From the NCBI RefSeq assembly GCF_035084215.1, contig NC_090359.1, positions 15,872,001 through 15,936,000 of the forward strand: a DNA stretch of 64,000 bases, read 5' to 3'. This DNA is from Heptranchias perlo. Taxonomy: Eukaryota. Below, piece after piece: positions 10,201 to 21,586 of the stretch. The notes beneath the pieces were generated by a model, which did not search any database, was not told where the DNA came from, and worked only from the letters and a program-made list of their open reading frames with translations. The first letter of the stretch is position 1; every line of letters begins with the position of its first letter. The translations under genes were made by a program, and so were the position numbers.

Positions 10201-13200
10201 ATTTTTTAGGCCCCCCTTTTAAAAGGAGGGGGATTTCGGGTGTCTTTTATGTGCAAAAATCCCAAAGAAAAACCAAAACCAGTTTCAAATTATAATTTTA
10301 TTTTCCTTGTCCAGGATACACTCCAGTCCCTGCGGTGCCCACCGGTCGCGGAAAGCCTCAAGCGTACCGGCAGACACCGCGTGCTCCATCTCCAGGGCCA
10401 CCCGGGCGCGAAGCATTCCGTGGAAGAGAGGCAGACAGTCCGAGCGACCGCCCCCACGGGCCGCAAGCAACCTGGACCTGTGGATGGCCACCTTGGACAG
10501 GCCCACGAGGACGTCCGCCGGCCTGCCCGCCCCCCTCCTCACCAGGCGGCCAAAGATCAGGAGCGTGGGACTGAATTGCAGCCAGAACCTGAGGAGCAGC
10601 CCCTCCAAATAATCACAGGGGCTGCAGTCTCCCACACCCCGTGAACAAATGAAACACGGACTCCTCCAGGCCGCAGAAATTGCAGGCGGCCTGGGAGTCC
10701 GTAAAATGGCGTAACCGCCGGTTGCACGCGACTGCTCCGTGCAACACTCTCCACCCCAGATGCCCGATGTAACACGGGAGGATCCCCAAGTAGAGAGCCC
10801 CCCCACTGGGGACCCCCGCCTCTGCCGGATGGCAGGCCAGGGCGTGTCCGGGCGAGAGACGAGGGCGAGGAAGTGGAGTGTGTGCAGGAGCAGCCCGTAC
10901 AGGAAATCCCTCCGTGCGGAGTGAAAAGGCACGGAGGGAATTTCCCAGACAGCTCAAGTTGTGAGGCGCAGCCTCCCGAGCCAGATTCAGCGGAGCGTCC
11001 AGCCGGTCGGCGTCCTCCGGGCTGACCTTTGGCAGGTCCTCCCACAAAACTCTGCGCGCTTCCTCACTGGACGGATCAGGAGAGAACAGAGCCTCGTAGT
11101 AGGATCGAGCCCGGGCCCTGACTCCCTCCGGGTCCGAGACGAGGGACCCGTCGTCGGCCAGCAGCGTAAGGAGATGCTTTTCCAGCGAAGTCCAGTTGCA
11201 GGTCCCTCAGAGCGTCCTTCTTCTCTTCGTACACCTGCCGCAGGACCGGAGCGGTCCCTCGCCTCGAGGGTACGGTTAAAATCCCCCCCGAGGATAATGC
11301 ACTCGCCGGCGTCGACGGAGTTCAGGTAAGTGGACACTTCTTCAAAGAAGCTCACTTGCTCGGCTCCGGACCAGGGGGCGTACACGTTCACCAGGTGAAG
11401 CGGCACGTCCCCGTGGCGAAGGGCTACGTGGAGCAAGCGGCCCGGCACCGGCTCCTTGACCCCCAAGATCTCCGGCTGAAAAGTCGGGGCCAACAAGATG
11501 GCCGCCCCGCTCGAAACGCTGGCGAGGTGACTCAAGGAGACCCCCCCTCCCCATTCCAGGATCCACGTGGCCTCGTCTCCCGGAACGGTGTGGGTTTCCT
11601 GCAGAAAGCACACCGCATACTTCCCGTCCCGAAGGACCGAGAACTTGTCAAATCTACGGCGGGCGTCTCTGCCGCCGTTGATGTTGAGGCTGGCTATGGT
11701 TATCTCCATGGCAAGAGCACAGCGCAACCTACTTAAACCTAATGCGCGGAGGGAGCGGGGCCGCTAGTCGACCTCCTCTCCCCCCAAGAGCCCGGTGAGG
11801 AGGGATCTGAGCCGGCGCAACCCGACCCCGCCGCCGTCCTCCTCCGCGGCCACGGACGCGACGGCGGCCCGGACCGAGCGGATTAGATGCACCGGCTCCG
11901 ACCAACGGTCGAGGGCCAGCCGGACGCCATCGCGACGATGGGTCCAACCGGACACAAAATCCCGGAGTTCCTCAACGGGGATGAGGGGAGACTCGGTGTC
12001 GGGCACGAGGGTGTCCGCCGCCGCCTCACTGGCGGCGAACTCTAAATCCTCCCCAGTGCCCACCACCGAGTCCCCGACCTCCTCCGGGCCATCGTCGCCC
12101 GCGGCCGACCCACTCCCCGCACAGGGTGCGGAGAACGGGACGGCCGCGCCGGCCGGCCCCGCCTCCGCCACGATCCCACCCCCAGGATCGTCGGCAGAGG
12201 ATTCCTCCCCGGGCTCCACCGGGGGGTCCGGGTCAGAGGGCGGCTCCGGGCGAGGACCCTCCCCAGCCTCCGAGCGGTGGTAAACGGGCACCCGGATATA
12301 ATGGGAAACCGGGGAACCCGGGGAGAACATATATTCCAGCTCTCCAACCTCCCCCGGCTCCGTGCCCAGAGACTGGGAGAAGGGGGTCTCCCCACCCACA
12401 CCGCCACCGACCGACCCGGCCCGTGACATTTTCGTGTTAAAACCCGCCACCAGGTCGAGCAGGTCCTGGGAGAGGTTGAGCCGAGGGCAGACGAATTCGG
12501 CCTCGCCCGCTCCGGCACCCAGGACCCCCGACCCGGTGAACGGGAAGCTCGCGTCGGCGCACGAATCCGCGGCCCCCCCCTTTCGGCAGGGTCTCTCCAT
12601 CCCCCCCCGGGAGGCACGGGCACGATCTCCTCCCCCCAAGAGGTGGATGACCCCCGCTGGCGGTGGGAAATGGAGGGTGGGGTCGCAGGATCCGCTGCCG
12701 GCGCCGACGCCGATTCCCTTTCCGCGGGGGGCCGTCCCTTGGCAGGGTTCCCCTCCGCTTCCAGGGAGCGGCGCCTTTTCTGCCTTCAGGAGGGTGGCGG
12801 AGGGAGGGCGAGCCCCATGTCTGCTGGGGCCCCCCCCTCCGCTCCCTCCTGAATACCCGCCAGCACGGGCCCTGCCGCGACCGCGAGTTGCCGTTTGGCC
12901 GCGGTCACGACCACGGCCTCGGGCTGGCTGGAAGGCTTTCCAACCCGGGGACCAGCCTCCTGATGTTTACTTTTCTTCCGCGCCTTCTTAGGGCGAGGGT
13001 TCCCTCCCTCTCCCCCGGCGGAGGCCTCGTCGGCACCCTCCGCCCGCGCAGTTGACTCTCCCGACGCGGGGGCGGGTTTGGGGGGAGGAGCGGTGGCGGC
13101 GCCAGCCTCGGCCGCCGGAGCTGCTTTGGCGGCCAGGGAGACGGGGCAGTTCTTCCTCAGGTGCCCCACCTCCTTGCAGGCATGGCACCGCCCACCCTCT

Positions 13201-14490
13201 GCCGTCCAGAAGACGTGGTAGGCGGTCCCCTCGTGAATGATACTAAAACCCCCCTCTGTCACCTCCTCCCGCACCAGCTTAACAAACGCCTGGCGCCGGA
13301 AGGAGTACACGTGACGGAGGCTGTTCTCCCTGAGGCCGAGCGTCAGTGGTGTCAACCCTGACCTCACCTCCCCCAGTTGACGTAGATGGGGGAGGAGGAG
13401 CTCGACCGGTAGAAAGGGCGGGACGTTCGATAACACCACCCGCTGCGCGGTGGCCTCCAGCGGGTCCACCGGCAGGAAGGTCCCGCCAACCGTGAGCCCC
13501 TTATTTAGGGCCAGGGACACCGTCCGCTCGGACCTCAGGAAGAACACTGCCCTCCCATACATTTTCGAGGCCGCGACGATGGCCGAGGGGCCGACAACCT
13601 CGGCCATGGCCTTCACGCAGGCCTCGATGGTCATATTGGGGTGAGCATAACATTTCACCCCATGGAGCCTCGTCAAGAGGCGAAATGGCGCCGGCCCAGC
13701 AGGAGCGTCCGAAATCGAAGGCGCGGCCGCCGTGGCGACCCCCGCATACGTCCTGCTGGGACCGGGGACCGGCGAAGATGGCGTCGCCATGGTCTCAGGC
13801 CGGTGGATGGCAAAAAATGGCCTTGTGTTCAATGTAAATAGAAACCGCCTCTCCCCTGTATCCCAGTACAAGTGTGGGAGAGGGGCTCCTTTGTCCGATA
13901 TTTGGTTCTGTCTTTGTCTGAAGCTACTGCTCAAAAGAGCACGAGAGCAAGAGAGGGAGGGATGGCACAGGGAAAACGGAGGGAGTCCGCAGGGGTGGGC
14001 CGCTGGGGAAGTCGGCCAAAGAGGGGCGGGGTGGCACCTTCTTCTGGCTTCTTTCTTCCGGTGGGCGTGGAGGGGAGGAGATGTCTTCTCCTAGACAGCC
14101 GGAGCTGACTCGGCTCAGTCCTCCACAGATGACAAAAGTAAGGAACTTCACCCAGGCAGCTCCAGCTGTCCCGGGCCAGACACTTGGGGGCGGAATCCCC
14201 TGGTCGAAAAAGATCTTCTTACCTCCCCCGACCTTCAGTCGGCCACCCCGATCGCCGTCGACCTCCTCTTCCTGCTGTTTAAGGCTGACAGCAGCAGCAG
14301 CACACCCCTCGCAGCTGCCTGATGTTTTTCGCCTCCTTCTTTCTTTCTCCCTCCTTCCCTCTCGATGGCTCTCCTCTCCTCTGTGCTCTGCACCTGCTTG
14401 CAGCACTTCCGCAAGGCCACACTCGATTGGCCGGCAAGTGGCTCGCCAATACCGACCGGCCCCAGCACTCTCCTCACAGGCTGGGAAGTT
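10201..14490 (-). mobile_element. Tx1-clade element with RT domain deleted (ORF1 13790-~11740 frameshifted; APE N-terminus 11709-11240; ORF2 C-terminus 10985-10285)
   Basis: ORF1 with CCHC knuckle CHACKEVGHLRKNC; APE motifs SLNING, LQETH, NVYAP, GGDFN; C-terminal CNFCGLEESVFHL; no YADD. Confidence 0.92.
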
Positions 14491-14587
14491 GTTTTTTTTT
14501 TAAATTAGGCCCCCCTTTTATAAGAAGGTGGGGTGTGGGGTGTGCTTAACAACTAAAAACCAAACAAACCAAAACGAAGAGTTCAAA

Positions 14588-17500
14588 TCAAAATTTTATT
14601 ATCCTCGTCCAGGATGCACTCCAGCCCCTGCAGTGCCCCCCGGTCACGGAAAGCCTCAAGCGTACCGGCAGACACCGCGGAGCAACCCGCGAAAGAGGCA
14701 GACAGGCCGAGCGACCGCCCCCACGGACCGCGATCATCCTAGACCTGCGGATGGCCACCTTGGACAGGCCCAGGAGCAGGCCCACGAGGACGTCCACCGA
14801 CCTGCCCGCCCCTCTCCTCACCGGGCGGCCAAAGATCAGGAGCGTGGGACTGAAGTGCAGCCAGAACTTGAGGAGCAGCCCCTCCAAATAATGGAACAGG
14901 GGCTGCAGTCTCTCACACCCAGTGTACAAATGAAAAACGGACTCCTCCAGGCCGCAGAAATCACAAGCGGCCTGGGGGTCCGTGAAATGGCGTAACCGCC
15001 GGTTGCACGCGACTGCTCCGTGCGCCACCCTCCACCCCAGATCCCCAAAGTAACACGGGAGGACCCCTGTATAGAGAGCCTCCCACTGGGGACCCCCGTC
15101 TCCGCCGGACGGCAGGATGGCACGCCAGGGCGTGTCCGGGCGAGAGACGAGGGCGAGGAAGTGGATGGTGTGCAGGAGCAGCCCGTACAGGAAATCCCTC
15201 CGCGCGGTGTGAAACGGCACGGAGGGAACTTCCGAGAGACAGCTCAAGTTGTGAGGCGCGGCCCTCTGAGGGAGGTTCCGGGGTTTGGCGCCGAGGAGGA
15301 ATTCAGTCCGAACGGGGGTCAGGTCGGACGGGATGGCTCCGCACGCTTGAGCCGCCTCCACACCCCGAGTGGAGTCAGGGCCGAGCGCCGATTTCAACGC
15401 CTGGATGGCGGCGGCCGCGTCCCCGGCACGCCACGAGGACATGCGAGCGGCGAGCGCCCACGGCTCGAGCCAACCCGACCCACCGCCATCCAGGACGTCC
15501 CTGACTCTGGTCACCCGACCGGCCACAGCCCTCCGCTCCGTCAGCCACGAGTGGCCGAAGCCGACATCGCGGAGGAACGGATTCCCGAGCAGCGGCTCCT
15601 GCAGGACGGCCGCTACCCCCGACGGGTGAGAGCTCCGACCGGAGGCGACCATGTTCCAGACCCTGAGCAGATTCTGGTACAAGACAGGCAGCTCCTGCAA
15701 AGACATGCGGCCGTCCACCAGCGAGACGAACAGGAGCTGCGTGTCGTAGTTCAGGCCGTGCAGCTGGCGGAAAAAGTACGTCGCCAGCGCACGCCATCTA
15801 AGAGGACGCTCAACGTACAGGTATCGCCGCAGCGTCCGAAGGCGGAAAGTTGCCACCTGGGTGCGGACGCACACCAGCCCCTGACCGCCCTCCCTAAGCG
15901 GGAGACTCAGGACTGCGGCAGCGACCCAGTGTATCCCTTTGGCCCAGAAGAAGTCGACGAACTTCCTCTGAATCTTGGCGACAAAATCAGGGGGGGGGGT
16001 CAAAGTGACCAATCTGTACCACAACATGGCGGCCACCAGCTGGTTTATGACCAGCACACGACCCCTGTAGGATAACACTCGGAGCAGTCCTGTCCAGCGC
16101 GCCAGGCGAGCGGCGACTTTGGCCTCCAGCTCTTCCCAGTTCGCCGGCCAGGCTTCCTCGGCAGGGCCGAGGTAGACTCCCAGGTACCGGAGGTGCGTGG
16201 TACTCCAGGCGAAAGCCCTGAGCTCCTCCGGCATGGAGTCCACCCGCCACTGACCCACCAGGAGTCCGGAACATTTCTCCCAGTTGATTCTTGCGGAGGA
16301 CACGGCAGAGTAGACCTCTTGGCACTCGCGCATCCTCCGCAAGTCAAGGGGATCGGTGACCACGAGGAGCACGTCGTCGGCGTAAGCCGAAAGGACGACC
16401 TCCACGCCCGGCTCGCGCAGAGCCAGTCCCGACAACCTCTTTCGCAAGAGGCGCAGGAAAGGCTCCACGCAGACGGTGTATAATTGGCCGGACATGGGGC
16501 ACCCCTGACGCACTCCTCTCCCGAAGCGAAGGGGCGCCGTCAAGGATCCGTGAACCTTAATCAGACACTCCGCGGCGGCGTACAGAAGTCGGATCCGGGC
16601 GACGAAATGCGACCCGAACCCGAAAGCGCGCAGAGTCCCGAATAGATACTCGTGATCCACCCTGTCGAACGCCTTCTCCTGATCCAAGGTAAGGAAGGCG
16701 ACCGACAGACCAGCCCTCTGGGAATGGTGGATCAGGTCCCGGACCAGGTGGATGTTATCGTGGATCTTCCGACCCGGGACCGTGTAGGACTGGTCGGGGT
16801 GGATCATGTGGGCCAGCACGGTGCCCAGGCGAGCAGACATCGCCTTGGCAAAGACCTTATAATCCGTGCTGAGGAGGGAGACCGGGCGCCAGTTTTTAAG
16901 GTTGCGGAGATCCCCCTTCTTAGGCAGCAGGACCACGACCGCCCTGCGCCACGAAAGGGGCATCTCCCCGGTCGCCAGACATTCCCCCAGGACCCGCGCG
17001 TAGTCGCCCCCCAGGACGTCCCAGAAGGCCCTGAGGAACTCCACGGTCAGCCCATCCAGCCCCGGGGACTTGCCCCTGGAGAGCTGGTGGAGGGCGCCGG
17101 TCAGCTCCGCCAAACTGAGCGGAGCGTCCAGACTGTCGGCGTCCTCCGGGCCGACCTTCGGCAGGTCCTCCCACAAAACTCTGCGCGCCTCCTCGCTGGA
17201 CGGATCCGGAGAGAACAGAGCCTCGTAGAAAGATCGAGCCCGGGCCCTGACTCCCTCCGGGTCCGAGACGAGGGACCCGTCGTCGGCCAGCAGCGTAAGG
17301 AGCTGCTTACGAGCCCCCCGCCGCTTTTCCAGCGAGTAGAAGAAGGGAGAGCCGCGGTCCAGGTCCCGCAGGAGCTGGAGCCGCGACCTCACGTACGCTC
17401 CTCGGGACCCGACCAGTTGCAGGTCCCTCAGAGCGTCCTTCCTCTCCTCGTACACCTGCCGCAGGGCCGGATCCTCGGCGGCCTGACCGAGACGGGACTC

Positions 17501-18461
17501 CAGGCCAAGCACCTCCTGCTCCAACCGCCTGACCTCGGACTCCCGCCTCTTAGTCGACCCCCTCGCGTACTCTTGACAGAAGAGGCGGACGTGAGCCTTG
17601 CCCACGTCCCACCAGAGCCTCAAGGAGGAGAAGCCTCCCCGCTTCCCTCTCCAGTCGCTCCAGAACAGACGGAACGAGTCCCGGAACCGCGCGTCCTCCA
17701 GCAGCCGGTTGTTAAAGTGCCAGTACGCGGACCCCGACCGGGCGCGGAGCAGAGCGAGCTCCATCCACACCAGGTGGTGGTCCGAGCACGACACCGGCCG
17801 GATGGAGGCCGACGGGATGCAGGAGGCGTACGCCCGCGAAACGTACAGGCGGTCGATTCTGGAGCTTCCCCCCTCCGGCCCTCACAAAGGTGAACTGGCC
17901 GGAGTCGGGATGGAGATTCCGCCAGACGTCCACCAAGGCGAAGGACCCGACCAGGTCCCTCAACTTCTCCGCCGCCGTTCGGGCACGCGCGGGACCGGAG
18001 CGGTCCCTCGCCTCGAGGGTACGGTTAAAATCCCCCCCCCCGAGGATAATGCACTCGCCGGCGTCGACGGAGTTTAGGTAAGTGGACACTTCTTCAAAGA
18101 AGCTCACTTGCTCGGCTCCGGACCAGGGGGCGTACACGTTCACCAGGTGAAGCGGCACGTCCCCGTGGCGAAGGGCTACGTGGAGCAAGCGGCCCGGCAC
18201 CGGCTCCTTGACCCCCAAGATCTCCGGCTGAAAAGTCGGGGCCAACAAGATGGCCACCCCGCTCGAAACGCTGGCGAGGTGACTCAAGTAGACCCCCCCT
18301 CCCCATTCCAGGATCCACGTGGCCTCGTCTCCCGGAACGGTGTGGGTTTCCTGCAGAAAGCACACCGCATACTTCCCGTCCCGAAGGACCGAGAACTTGT
18401 CAAATCTACGGCGGGCGTCTCTGCCGCCGTTGATGTTGAGGCTGGCTATGGTTATCTCCAT
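14588..18461 (-). CDS. Tx1 ORF2 (APE endonuclease + reverse transcriptase + C-terminal Cys/His domain); frameshift near 17870 and ~30 bp deletion near 14680
   Basis: MEITIASLNING, LQETH, GDFN, SDH; KSPGLDG, NWRPVSLL, DQEKAFD, GVRQGCP, YADD; CDFCGLEESVFHLYTGC. Confidence 0.93.
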
Positions 18462-18490
18462 GGCAAGAGCACAGCGCAACCTACTTAAAC

Positions 18491-20532
18491 CTAATGCGCG
18501 GAGGGAGCGGGGCCGCTAGTCGACCGCCACTCCCTCAAGAGCCCGGTGAGGAGGGATCTGAGCCGGCGCAGCCTGACCCCGCCGCCGCCACCCTCCGCGG
18601 CCACGGACGCGACGGCGGCCAGCACCGAGCGGATTAACTGCGCCGGCTCCGACCAACGGTCGAGGGCCAGCCGGACGCCATCGCGACGACGGCTCCAACC
18701 GGACGCAAAATCCCGGAGTTCCTCAACGGGGATGAGGGGAGACTCGGTGTCGGGCACGAGGGCGTCCACCACCTCACTGGTGGCGAACTCCAAATCCTCC
18801 CCAGTGCCCACCACCGAGTCCCCGTCCTCCTCCGGGTCATCGTCGCCCGCGGCCGACCCACTCCCCGCACAGGGTGCGGAGAACGAGACGGCCGCGCCGG
18901 CCGGCCCCGCCTCCGCCACGATCCCACCCCCAGGATCGTCAGCAGAGGAGTCCTCCCCGGGCTCCACCGGGGGGTCCGGGTCAGAGGGTGGCTCCGGGCG
19001 AGGACCCTCCCCAGCCTCCGAGCGGTGAAAAACCGGCACCCGGATATAAGGGGAACCCGGGGAAACCGGGGAGAACGTGTACTTAAGTTCTCCCACCTCC
19101 CCCGGCTCCGAGCCCAGAGACTGAGAGGAGGGGGTCCCCCCACCCACGTCGCCACCGACCGACCCGGCCCGTGAGATATTTTGATTAAAACCCACCACCA
19201 GGTCGAGCAGGTCCTGGGAGAGGTCGAGCCGGGGGCAGACGAATTTGGCCGCAACGGCCTCGCCCACCCCGGCACCCAGGACGCCCGACCCGGTGAACAG
19301 GGTGGTATCTGGTAAAAGCGGATCCGCGACCCCCCCTATCGGCGGGGTCTCTCCATCCCCCCCGGGAGGCACGGGCACGATCCCCTCCCCCCGAGAGGTA
19401 GATGACCCCCGCCGCTGTTCGGATGTCACGGGCGGGGCCGCAGGATCCGCGACCGGCACCGACTCCCCTTCCACGGGGGGCCGTCCCTTAGCAGGGAGCC
19501 CGTTCGCTTCCGGGGAGTGGCGCCTCTTTTTCTTCCAGGAGGGTCGCGGAGGGAGGGGGGACTCCATGTCTGCTGGGACCCCCACCTCCGCTCCCTCCTG
19601 ATCACCCGCCAGCCCGGGCTCTGTCGCGACCGCGAGATGTTGACTGGCCGCGGTCACGACCTCGGGCTGACTGAGATCTTCTCTGTCCCGGGGACCAGCC
19701 TCTAAATTCTTCCTCTTTCTCCGCACTTTCTTCTGGCGAGGGTTCCCCTCCTCCCCCCTGGCGGAGGCCTCGACGCCAACCTCCACCCGCGCAGTTGACT
19801 CTCCCGACGCGGGGGCGGGGTTGGGGGAGGAGCGGTGGCGGCGCCAGCCCCGGCCGCCGTAGCTGTTTTGGCGGCCTGAGAGGCGGGGCAGTTCCTCTTC
19901 AGGTGCCCCACCTCCTTACAGGCATGGCACCGCCCACCCTCTGCCGTCCAAAAGACGCGGTAAGGGGTCCCCTCATGGAGGGCGTTAAAGCCCCCCTCCG
20001 TAACCTCCTCCCGTGCCAGCTTGACGAATGCCTGGCGACGGAAGGAGTAAACATGCCGGAGGCTGTTCTCCCTGAGTCCGAGCGGCAGCGGCGTTACCCC
20101 CGACCTCACCTCCCCCAGTTGACGTAGGTGGGGGAGGAGGAGCTCGTCCGACAGGAAAGGCGGGACGTTGGATAAAATGACCCGCTGCGCGGTGGCCTCC
20201 AGCGGGTCCACCGGCAGGAAGGTCCCGCCAACCGTGAGCCCCTTACTAAGGGCCAGGGACACCGCCCGCTCGGACCTCAGGAAGAACACCGCCCTCCCGT
20301 ACATTTTCGAGGCCGCGACGATGGCCGAGGGGCCGACAACCTCGGCCATGGCCTTTACGCAGGCCTCAATGGTCATGTTGGGGTGGGCGTAGCTCTTCAC
20401 CCCATGCTTCCTCGTAATGAGGCGGAAAGGCGCCGGCCCAGCAGGAGCGGCACGAACTGTAGGAGCGGCCCCCGAGGTAACCGCCGCATACGTCCTGCTG
20501 GGTCCCGGCACCGGCGAAGATGATGAAGCCAT
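18491..20532 (-). CDS. Tx1 ORF1 (RRM-like N-terminus, CCHC zinc knuckle, long low-complexity acidic tail); one frameshift near 19800
   Basis: ORFs 19702-20532 and 18491-19786; AASKMYGRAVFFL, LSNVPPF, SFRRQ, CHACKEVGHLKRNC. Confidence 0.9.
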
Positions 20533-21260
20533 GACCTAAAGAGCCACACCCACCCCAAGTCTCGGGCCTACTGATGAATTTAGGCCTTTTTAAAAGAAGC
20601 CCTGAGGAAACCTCTCTCCCCGAATCCCAGAGCTTGGTTGGGAGAGGGGCCCCTTTGCTGGTTTTATTTTCCCCCAGAATATCCGGGAGAGCAAGAGAAG
20701 GTGGGAGGGATTAATGGTGGAATGGGAAGGAGGGAGTCTGCAGGGGTGGGCTGCTGCAGAAGTGGGTGGAAGAGGGGCGGGGTTGCACCTTAAAAGGTGG
20801 ATCTTCTTCTGCCTGTCTTCCGGTGGGCAGGGGGAGGAGATGTCTTCCCCGAGACAGCTGGAGCTGCCTAGGCTCAGTCCTCCAAAGATTGAAAAAAGTA
20901 ACTTCACCCAGGCAGCTCCAGCTGTCCTGGGCCAGACACTTGGGGGAACCCCCTGTCCTCTAAGGTCTTCTTCCTCCCCCTACCTTCAGCCGACGCACCT
21001 CACTGCACCGACCTCCTCTTCCTCCCTCTGTTCGGTGTCGCAAACCAGCAGCAGCAGCAGCACAACCCCTCCCGGCTGCTGTTTGGTCGTATTCTTCTTC
21101 ACCCTCCCTCCTTGTTGATGGTGGTTTCTCCTTCTCCTTCTCCTTGACTCAGAGGGACCCGGGCAAGGGCCTGCTCTCTCTGCTCTCTCTGCTCTCCACT
21201 CAGTGGCAGTTCAGCCACAAACACCTCCAATGCCGAGCTGGTGTGTCTCAAAGACAACCC

Positions 21261-21511
21261 AACAGAGATGTGATCAGATTTCGTTTGAGGAAAGTCAAAG
21301 AAACCAACAGCAATGGCATCACACAATAATCATCCAATCCCACCTGTATTCCAAAGCTCTGATTGGTTCTGGGAATCACACCCCACCTTCTGTCCTTTGT
21401 TTATTGGTGCCTGGATTCATGGACGATTCCTGAGTGGTTGTCAGGGATTGTCAATCATCATTGGTGATCTCATACCCTGTGTAAATGCAGGCTGTCCCAG
21501 TAGTATAAATA
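21261..21511 (+). promoter_or_regulatory. Ferritin 1 promoter: multiple CCAAT/ATTGG boxes and TATAAATA (21504-21511)
   Basis: Four CCAAT/ATTGG motifs in ~130 bp; closely homologous to 26160-26464. Confidence 0.65.
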
Positions 21512-21586
21512 CAAGAGCTTGTGGGGGAAGAGGTTAGGTTGTTTTTGCAGTTTGAAGTGTGATTGTGGTTAATAGTAAAAGTTAAA

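Larger units (their letters stand above)
14491..21260 (-). mobile_element. Full-length Tx1-clade (L1 superfamily) non-LTR retrotransposon, ~6.8 kb
   Basis: ~730 bp 5' UTR, ORF1, ORF2 (APE-RT-Zn finger), short 3' UTR with hairpin and oligo(A). Confidence 0.96.

Noticed and set aside
12786-13934. Possible domesticated ZCCHC3-like host gene
   Set aside because: Lies inside a complete Tx1 structure with UTRs and tail, and is frameshifted
15020-17893. Long plus-strand ORFs (351 and 413 aa)
   Set aside because: Antisense shadows of the GC-rich Tx1 ORF2
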